Source: an uncultured Bacilli bacterium (GTDB lineage Bacteria; Bacillota_I; Bacilli_A; RF39; UBA660). Taken from it: a DNA stretch of 32,324 bases. Within the stretch, counting starts at the first letter, position 1. Each line of letters starts with the position of its first letter. Both the position numbers and the translations under genes were made by a program. Shown here one piece after another: positions 26,200-32,324 of this stretch. Where the stretch lies: positions 1 through 32,324 of the forward strand of contig CALWAM010000002.1 of the NCBI GenBank assembly GCA_944373135.1. Direction: 5' to 3'. The notes under the pieces were generated by a model. The model was not told where the DNA came from and did not search any database. It worked only from the letters and a program-made list of their open reading frames with translations.

Positions 26200-27017
26200 A
26201 AATAAACATTATATACGTATCTATTCTCTCCTATTTTAGTCCAATTATTTTTTTCTTCTAGTATTGAAACGATTGTATTATTTTTAAGAGGCGCTTTATT
26301 TTTAACTATAGTACCATTTGGTGAAGTTCTAACATTTAGTCCCGTGGGAGCATTAACAACTTCTTTTGTGTATATTATCTTAAATGGCTTTTCGTCCGTT
26401 AAAAAATTAGACGATACCCACTGATTATCACCAATTCGTGACCACCCATTTTTTTCTTCATAAACTTTTACAATTGTATTAGGGGCAAGATCATTTACTA
26501 ATGATGATGACAGTGTAGAAGAAGTACGAACATTTAATGTATAACTAGGTTTAACATATTTAATTTTGGCTTCTTGATAATATCTAATTGGATATCTATT
26601 TTTAGTATTTATATTTACTATTTGGTCAGGGTACACTAATAAATATTCGTATGGATCTAAGGTCTTACTATCTACTATTGTAGAGTTTTTATATAATCCA
26701 AAATGGAGATGATTACCGGTAGTAATACCACTTGATCCCATTAAAGCAATTTTATCGCCTTTTTTTACTCGATCATTTTTAAATACAATTATACTATTAT
26801 CTAGTAGATGAGCATATAAAGAGACGTTACCGTTATCATGGCGGATATATACAACATTACCACCGGTTCTTTGACGTTCAATTTTCCATACTACACCGTC
26901 ATCTATAGCATATATAGGTTGGTTCTTACCACCATATTTATTACTCCATCCAAAATCAATTGATCTACCTTTATGATAACTTTGGGTAACAACTATGTAA
27001 TCGACAGGATATTGCAT
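26193..27017 (-). CDS. M23 (LytM-type) peptidoglycan metalloendopeptidase with two C-terminal SH3b domains, no signal peptide
   Basis: It has the HxH motif GNHLHFGLY and an upstream YHKGRSIDFG. Two SH3_3-like repeats are present (YTLNVRTSS...NGWSRIGDNQWVSSNFL and GLNVRTSP...NNWTKIGENRYVYNVYL). I prefer the ATG at 27017 (MQYPVDY, AAAGGAG 5 nt upstream) over 27050. Confidence 0.85.
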   Translation of the reverse strand: MQYPVDYIVVTQSYHKGRSIDFGWSNKYGGKNQPIYAIDDGVVWKIERQRTGGNVVYIRHDNGNVSLYAHLLDNSIIVFKNDRVKKGDKIALMGSSGITTGNHLHFGLYKNSTIVDSKTLDPYEYLLVYPDQIVNINTKNRYPIRYYQEAKIKYVKPSYTLNVRTSSTLSSSLVNDLAPNTIVKVYEEKNGWSRIGDNQWVSSNFLTDEKPFKIIYTKEVVNAPTGLNVRTSPNGTIVKNKAPLKNNTIVSILEEKNNWTKIGENRYVYNVYLK

Positions 27018-27092
27018 ATTACTCCTTTCATTTATGATGAAATACATCATCTGTTATAAATTATGAAAGTAATAATATTATGTCTATTATGT

Positions 27093-28319
27093 TTATCCAT
27101 TAATTAAGTATTCAAGAGATTTTATGATTGCAATTTTACCGTATTCATAAGTTAAGCTGCCTTGTAAATATGCTATGTATGGTTCTCTAATTGGACCATC
27201 ACATGATAATTCAATAGATGATCCTTGAGTAAAGCATCCAGCTGCCATTATAACTTGATTATCATAACCAGGCATATCCCATGGTTCTGGTAAAGCATAA
27301 GAATCTATAGGAGATGATAATTGAATTCCTTGAACAAACTTTATTAGTTTTTGAGGATCATGGAATTTTATACTTAAGACAATATCGACTTTTTCACTAT
27401 TATATTTTGGTTCAACTTCAAAGCCTAACTTATCTAAGACTGCACTAGCTAAAGTAGTTGTTTTTAAAGCACTTGATACTACTGAAGGAGATAAAAATAA
27501 GCCTTGAAGAATTTGTTTATTAACACCTAAACTTGGACCAACTTCTTTTCCTTCACCTGGTAGTGTAAGCCTTTCAGCTACTAATTTAATTAAATTTTTT
27601 TTACCAACAACATAAGCCCCATTAGGTGCTATACCCCCACCAAGATTTTTTATAAGGGATCCTACAACAATATCGGCGCCTACATCAGATGGCTCTTGAG
27701 TAGAAACAAATTCACAGTAACAATTATCAACCATTATTATAATATTTTGGTTTATATTTTTTATAAAATCGATAACTTTTTTCAATTTGTCAATAGAGAT
27801 ACTGGGGCGATCAGAATAGCCTTTTGATCTTTGGATAGAAATAACTTTAATTTTTTGGTTATTTAAGGTTTTTTCGATTTGCTCATAATCAAAGTCATTA
27901 TTAAGTAAATCTATTTGTTGATAATTAATATTAAAAGATTTTAAGGAACTAGGATTATCCTTAATTCCAATTACTTCATGAAGAGTATCATACGGAGTTC
28001 CAGTAATAGACAATAATGTATCATTAGGTCTAAGTAAAGCAAATAAAGTAACGTTAAGAGCATGACTACCACTTATAAATTGATTTCTAACTAAAGCATC
28101 CTCAGTATGAAAGATATCTTTATAAATTGATTCTATAACATTTCGACCTATATCATCATATCCGTAACCGGTAGTTGTATTAAAATGACTTTCTGATAAT
28201 TTATTTTGTTGAAAGGCTTTTAATACTTTTTGACTATTAATATAACAAGTATTATCAATTTGTTTTAATTCTGAAGCAATTTTTTTCTCGGTTTCTAATA
28301 CTACACTTTCGATATTCAT
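27093..28319 (-). CDS. methionine gamma-lyase family / aluminium-resistance (YnbB-like) PLP-dependent protein
   Basis: The N-terminus (KVLKAFQQNKLSESHFNTTTGYGYDDIGR) and overall length are typical of the YnbB family. Its ATG overlaps the SDR stop (ATGA). Confidence 0.8.
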   Translation of the reverse strand: MNIESVVLETEKKIASELKQIDNTCYINSQKVLKAFQQNKLSESHFNTTTGYGYDDIGRNVIESIYKDIFHTEDALVRNQFISGSHALNVTLFALLRPNDTLLSITGTPYDTLHEVIGIKDNPSSLKSFNINYQQIDLLNNDFDYEQIEKTLNNQKIKVISIQRSKGYSDRPSISIDKLKKVIDFIKNINQNIIIMVDNCYCEFVSTQEPSDVGADIVVGSLIKNLGGGIAPNGAYVVGKKNLIKLVAERLTLPGEGKEVGPSLGVNKQILQGLFLSPSVVSSALKTTTLASAVLDKLGFEVEPKYNSEKVDIVLSIKFHDPQKLIKFVQGIQLSSPIDSYALPEPWDMPGYDNQVIMAAGCFTQGSSIELSCDGPIREPYIAYLQGSLTYEYGKIAIIKSLEYLING

Positions 28320-29038
28320 CTTATTCCTCCATCAACGCTTATTATTTGATTATTTATGTATTTAGCTTTATCACTTATTAAAAATAATATTACATCAACT
28401 ATTTCTTGCTCTTTGGCAAAGCGTTTTAATAATATTTTTCCTTGTTCTTGTTGATAAAATTCAGGATTTAAATTATCAGTTGATGAATCTATCCACCCTG
28501 GACATATAGCATTAACACGCGTATTTGGTGATAATTCTACAGCGAAATTATGAGTTAAGGAATTAATGGCTGATTTACTAGCATCATAATCAATAGATTC
28601 GGGATAATATGTGTTAATACTATTTGAACTTGATATATTTAAAATACAAGAATCATTATTTAATAAAGGAATTGCATATTTAGTTATAAGATAAGTACCT
28701 AGGACATTATTAATTAAAACATTAGTAAATTCTTCTGCATTTTTATCTTCAATACTATTATCATGATAAATTGCAGCATTATTGATTATAATATCAATTT
28801 TTTGAGCTTTTTTCTTAATATCATCATACATCTTAATTACTTCATTTTCATTTTTTATGTCGATTTTATACCAAGATAAATTACAATTATATTGATTAAG
28901 AAGTTTATCAGTTTCTATTTTACTTAAATCGTCTTGATGATATATTAAAATCAAGTTATAGCCAAGTTCCGCTAAGTTAAGTGCTATCTTTCTACCCAAA
29001 TTTTTATTAGCTCCAGTTAATAAAACCGTTTTTTTCAT
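28316..29038 (-). CDS. SDR-family oxidoreductase (FabG-like)
   Basis: It has TGANKNLGRKIA (TGxxxxxG), NAAI, the catalytic YDASK and a PG motif (CPGWIDS). It ends in TGA. Confidence 0.85.
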   Translation of the reverse strand: MKKTVLLTGANKNLGRKIALNLAELGYNLILIYHQDDLSKIETDKLLNQYNCNLSWYKIDIKNENEVIKMYDDIKKKAQKIDIIINNAAIYHDNSIEDKNAEEFTNVLINNVLGTYLITKYAIPLLNNDSCILNISSSNSINTYYPESIDYDASKSAINSLTHNFAVELSPNTRVNAICPGWIDSSTDNLNPEFYQQEQGKILLKRFAKEQEIVDVILFLISDKAKYINNQIISVDGGIR

Positions 29039-29120
29039 AGTACCTCTTTTCTGTTAGTATTATACATCCCTATTGATATTTAGTCTAGTTATTTAGTAAA
29101 ATATATATAGGTGATATTTT

Positions 29121-29738
29121 ATGGAATTGATTAAAAAATATTGGAAATATATAACAGCATTTATAGCAATATTTTTATTCTTGATTATAGTTGAATTTTA
29201 TTATCAGGATAAATTATATATTTTTGATAACTTTGTCTATAACTATGTGAAAAATATTATTAACAATCCTATGACTATAATAATGAAGTTTATTACTTTT
29301 TTTGCTAGTCCATTATGGTGTATAGTTTTAGCAATAATTATTATAATCTTTAACAAAAAATTCGGAAAATATTTTAGTATTAATTTGGCTTTAGTATTTC
29401 TTCTTAATTTTGTTCTCAAATTAGTATTTGCGCGCGAAAGACCAATTGATATTAATATTATTACAGAAAGCGGTTATAGTTTTCCGAGTGGTCACTCTAT
29501 GGTTAGTGCTGGTATGTATGGTTTTTTAGCTTATAATTTATGGAAAAGTAAAATAAAAAATGGTTGTAAAGTAATAGGATTTATTGGATTAGTTATATTA
29601 ACATTCTTAATCGGATTAAGTAGGATTTATTTAGGTGTTCATTATACTAGTGATGTTATAGGTGGCTTTGTTTTAGGAATTGCCTACTTAGTATTGTTTA
29701 TTCAAATAGTTTATTCAAAAAAACTCACCAATAAATAA
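29121..29738 (+). CDS. PAP2-family lipid phosphatase (BcrC/PgpB-like)
   Basis: The three PAP2 motifs are KLVFARERP, PSGHS and SRIYLGVHYTSD. It has about 5-6 TM segments. Confidence 0.85.
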   Translation: MELIKKYWKYITAFIAIFLFLIIVEFYYQDKLYIFDNFVYNYVKNIINNPMTIIMKFITFFASPLWCIVLAIIIIIFNKKFGKYFSINLALVFLLNFVLKLVFARERPIDINIITESGYSFPSGHSMVSAGMYGFLAYNLWKSKIKNGCKVIGFIGLVILTFLIGLSRIYLGVHYTSDVIGGFVLGIAYLVLFIQIVYSKKLTNK

Positions 29739-29750
29739 TTAGTGAGTTTT
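29720..29750. terminator. shared bidirectional hairpin holding both convergent stop codons
   Basis: AAAACTCAC-n13-GTGAGTTTT. The loop contains the PAP2 TAA (29736-29738) and the psd TAA (29739-29741) back to back. Confidence 0.45.
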
Positions 29751-30605
29751 CTTTAATCCTATTTTTTCACCATATTTTACGATGGTTTCAATATTATTTT
29801 CTGAATTTTTTAAAATGTCTTTATCCAATTTAATAGTATCTTTTTGGTATAATAAAATTATTGTTGACCCGCCAAAAGAAAAGTACCCTTTTTCCGTCCC
29901 TTTCTTAAAAACCGATAAATTATAATTATTTATTTTGCCAACGTTTAATGCCCCAACTTCAATGTAAGTTACAGTTTTAAATTCTTTTGACTTAAGAACG
30001 GAATATTCTCGAGAATTTTCAATAAATACTTGATGTGTATCAAAGGCAATTGGGTTGACTGTATGTAAAATCCCCGATATTTTTTTAATATTAATAGTTT
30101 TGCCATCAAAAGGATATAGATAATGATGATAATCGGATACTGTTAAACGATAAACTAAAGCGTAGCCGTCTTGATATTTTTGACTTAAATTATCATTTTG
30201 TAGTAATTGGTTTATACTATAATTACTATTTTTTACCTTGAAAATAGTATTACTGTCTATCTTATAAGCCATTAATCTTGCGTCTGCAACACTAATAACG
30301 GTATTATCTTTGTAATTTATTGGTCTTTTTTCAGTCTTTATTTTACGAGTGAAGAAATCATTGAAAGAATAATATTTTGTCATCTCATATTCAGACATAT
30401 CTATATTGTTCTTTTTTATAAAACTTTTTATTTTAACTTTTGATAACGAAGAGTTAATAATTATTCCGTTTAATTTTGATACCCAAGGTCTAGTAATTAT
30501 TTTTAAAATTACTCTACCTATTATACTATTATATAAAAAAGTAAGTAATTTATTAGGTTGTTCTTCTATTATCTTTTTTGTTTTTCGATCATAATATTTT
30601 ATCAT
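29739..30605 (-). CDS. psd: phosphatidylserine decarboxylase proenzyme
   Basis: The self-cleavage G-S-T site is in YFSFGGSTIILL. The length is as expected, and the gene sits immediately downstream of pssA with a 1-nt gap. Confidence 0.85.
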   Translation of the reverse strand: MIKYYDRKTKKIIEEQPNKLLTFLYNSIIGRVILKIITRPWVSKLNGIIINSSLSKVKIKSFIKKNNIDMSEYEMTKYYSFNDFFTRKIKTEKRPINYKDNTVISVADARLMAYKIDSNTIFKVKNSNYSINQLLQNDNLSQKYQDGYALVYRLTVSDYHHYLYPFDGKTINIKKISGILHTVNPIAFDTHQVFIENSREYSVLKSKEFKTVTYIEVGALNVGKINNYNLSVFKKGTEKGYFSFGGSTIILLYQKDTIKLDKDILKNSENNIETIVKYGEKIGLKKTH

Positions 30606-30606
30606 G

Positions 30607-31251
30607 TTAGCCCCTTATTAATAAATAGGATATAAACAAAATCCCAATAATTAAAAATATATATTGCCATTGGCCTTTAGGTTTCTTCAAATTAAAATTT
30701 AAAATAAACAATATAGCAGTAAATAGCATTGTTAAATTATATGTTAAAGCAAAATCACTAATAGTTAAATATTTTTTTAATATATAGATAAATGGAAAAA
30801 TAATAGCAGCGGTAGTAACTGGCAAGCCATGATAATAAGTCACACCATTTTCTTTGCCTTTTTCTTCTGCAATAACATTAAAGTATGCTAAACGAATACA
30901 GCCATTAAGCATATATATAATATATACTAATACATTGTACCAGGCATCAAGTCCTAAACCATACCCTATGGCAACAGGTAAGAATGTAAAAGCTACTAAA
31001 TCTGCTAAGGAATCTATTTGAATTCCAAAGTATTTTTCAATATCACTTCTTTTACAAGCACGAGCTACTTTTCCATCAAATCCGTCGCTTATACCACAAA
31101 TTATTAAACAAATTATGGCATATAAAATATGATGATGTAAAGCAAAATATATTCCAATACCAGCAGATATGACACTTAAGTAAGTTAATAAGACGCTTAT
31201 TTTATAAAAACCAATAAACATGGGTTGTTCTTTATGTTTTCTGTGTAACAT
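30607..31251 (-). CDS. pssA: CDP-diacylglycerol--serine O-phosphatidyltransferase
   Basis: The CDP-alcohol phosphatidyltransferase motif is DGKVAR...GIQIDSLAD. It is a multi-TM protein. The RBS is AGGAGG. Confidence 0.85.
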   Translation of the reverse strand: MLHRKHKEQPMFIGFYKISVLLTYLSVISAGIGIYFALHHHILYAIICLIICGISDGFDGKVARACKRSDIEKYFGIQIDSLADLVAFTFLPVAIGYGLGLDAWYNVLVYIIYMLNGCIRLAYFNVIAEEKGKENGVTYYHGLPVTTAAIIFPFIYILKKYLTISDFALTYNLTMLFTAILFILNFNLKKPKGQWQYIFLIIGILFISYLLIRG

Positions 31252-31312
31252 GTTTTTACCTCCTTGTAAATTAAATTATAACAAAAACAATAGTAAAAGA
31301 AAAGAATTAACT

Positions 31313-32230
31313 CTAAGCTAATCCTCCTTCTTCAGCGATTATATCAGCAAATAATTCCTTAAATTTTTCAGCATCTTTTTTCTTAGAATCTTCATACACA
31401 TTACGAGCATTTAGGATGGCCTGATAAATATGGCGCATTTTAACCGTATTACTATTTTCATATAATGCATAAGTAAAAGCATTAGCTAAGATAGTTAAAC
31501 AAATATCGGGATATCGGCTTGCTATTTCATAGATTCTTTTATATTCGTCAGTCATTTCTACGATAAATCTCATTATTTTTTCAATGATAAATATCGTATA
31601 GTTTAATTTTACTCCTATTTGCTTTTCTAATTTAGGATATGTTCCCATTAACACTTTAACACAAGTTTCTTTATCAAATTCTTTTATATCTATTTTTTGA
31701 AATCTTCTTAAGAAAGCACGATCTCTTAATATATAAGTTTCATATTCTTCAGTGGTTGTTGCACCTATTAGTTTTATTTCACCACGGTCCAATCCAGCTT
31801 TTAGCATGTTAGCGAAATCAATTCCATAATTACCGGTTACGTTTTTATTTACAAGGACATGCGTTTCATCTATAAATAATATTGTTTTATTCATAGAAGA
31901 TAGTTCTTTCACTAATAAGTCAATTCGATTTTCTACTTGACCATCTACTTCGGTAGTTCCAAGCAAGGAAGTGATATTTATTTTATATAGTTTATATCCT
32001 ATTAAAGCATTGGGAACTTTATTGTATTTTATACGATATGCTAGGCCTTCAACAATAGCTGTTTTACCGATACCAGGTTTACCGACTAAAAGAGCACTTT
32101 TTTCAGGAGTAAGTAAAGTTAAAATTATTTGTTTTATTTCTTCATCGCGGGCTATAGCAGGATCCGTAATATAATTTTTATTTATTAAATCTTCTCCATA
32201 TCTCTCTAGCATACTAATTTTTTCTTCCAT
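31313..32230 (-). CDS. stand-alone AAA+ ATPase resembling the D1 module of ClpA/ClpB/ClpC
   Basis: LERYGEDL...[14 protein letters not shown], Walker [19 protein letters not shown], Walker [19 protein letters not shown] and [12 protein letters not shown] are colinear with Clp D1. The protein is only 305 aa, with no N-domain, M-domain or D2. Confidence 0.75.
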   Translation of the reverse strand: MEEKISMLERYGEDLINKNYITDPAIARDEEIKQIILTLLTPEKSALLVGKPGIGKTAIVEGLAYRIKYNKVPNALIGYKLYKINITSLLGTTEVDGQVENRIDLLVKELSSMNKTILFIDETHVLVNKNVTGNYGIDFANMLKAGLDRGEIKLIGATTTEEYETYILRDRAFLRRFQKIDIKEFDKETCVKVLMGTYPKLEKQIGVKLNYTIFIIEKIMRFIVEMTDEYKRIYEIASRYPDICLTILANAFTYALYENSNTVKMRHIYQAILNARNVYEDSKKKDAEKFKELFADIIAEEGGLA

Positions 32231-32247
32231 TTTTAATCACCATTTTT

Positions 32248-32317
32248 ATTATAACACGTATAATACTGATTAGTAAATGAATGAGATTTGATGAGTTTCA
32301 TTATTCAATCATTTACT
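32248..32317 (-). promoter_or_regulatory. candidate promoter plus 9-bp inverted repeat upstream of the AAA+ gene
   Basis: Minus strand reads TTTACT (32277-32272), an 18-nt spacer, then TATAAT (32253-32248). A perfect inverted repeat AGTAAATGA (32272-32280) / TCATTTACT (32309-32317) has one arm covering the -35 box. Confidence 0.3.
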
Positions 32318-32324
32318 ATATAAT

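Noticed and set aside
24353-27050. Integrated mobile element or prophage remnant at tRNA-His (helicase on one side, leaderless lysin-like M23 on the other)
   Set aside because: There is no integrase, recombinase, holin or structural gene. I found no direct repeat of the tRNA 3' segment in the flanking intergenic regions, and both flanking genes have ordinary terminators. I kept only the two genes as separate low-interest notes.
1616-32174. Antisense and alternate-frame ORFs inside larger genes: 1616-1825, 1832-2137, 3521-3739, 5271-5582, 9827-10183, 10886-11131, 15414-15602, 17209-17421, 18148-18351, 21830-22063, 22975-23217, 24914-25096, 30406-30594 and 31971-32174
   Set aside because: Each lies entirely within a longer ORF that has clear family motifs. 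None has an RBS, and their Ile/Leu/Phe/Ser-rich composition is typical of the reverse strand of AT-rich coding DNA.
1-32324. CRISPR arrays, IS elements, rRNA, riboswitch or T-box leaders
   Set aside because: There are no regularly spaced direct repeats and no transposase-like ORF. Apart from the pseudogene region, all intergenic regions are 207 nt or shorter and are accounted for by promoters or terminators.

Overview
This is a very AT-rich (about one quarter G+C by eye), gene-dense chromosomal segment from a low-GC Bacillota. A cotJ spore-coat operon suggests an endospore former. The genetic code is standard: Trp is TGG, TAA is the main stop, and TGA also ends two genes. I support about 24 protein genes, one tRNA-His(GUG), one frameshifted membrane-protein pseudogene, and several hairpin terminators and promoters. 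There is no CRISPR array, transposase or integrase.

Recognisable content, in order:
- cotJB-cotJC
- a P-type Ca2+-type ATPase
- a fused MacB/FtsX-type ABC transporter
- a U32-family (RlhA/TrhP-like) gene interrupted by one in-frame TGA
- hsp20 behind a CIRCE operator
- a reduced addB-addA pair
- an extra SF1 UvrD-like helicase
- a leaderless M23+SH3b peptidase
- a YnbB-like PLP enzyme overlapping an SDR
- a PAP2 phosphatase
- pssA-psd
- a stand-alone Clp-D1-like AAA+ ATPase

Known families do not explain 6.4-16.2 kb. There, a small surface protein with a non-canonical DPNTG sorting signal lies divergent from a class B sortase that carries a ~270-residue cytoplasmic N-terminal domain. Downstream on the same strand are a 1365-aa motif-less orphan protein and an overlapping 64-aa ORF, all ended by one terminator. 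A decayed TVP38/DedA gene and two single-pass membrane proteins with long basic cytoplasmic tails follow. This sortase-linked module is my best candidate for an undescribed system. Its function is inference only, because every call comes from reading the translations and DNA without any database search.
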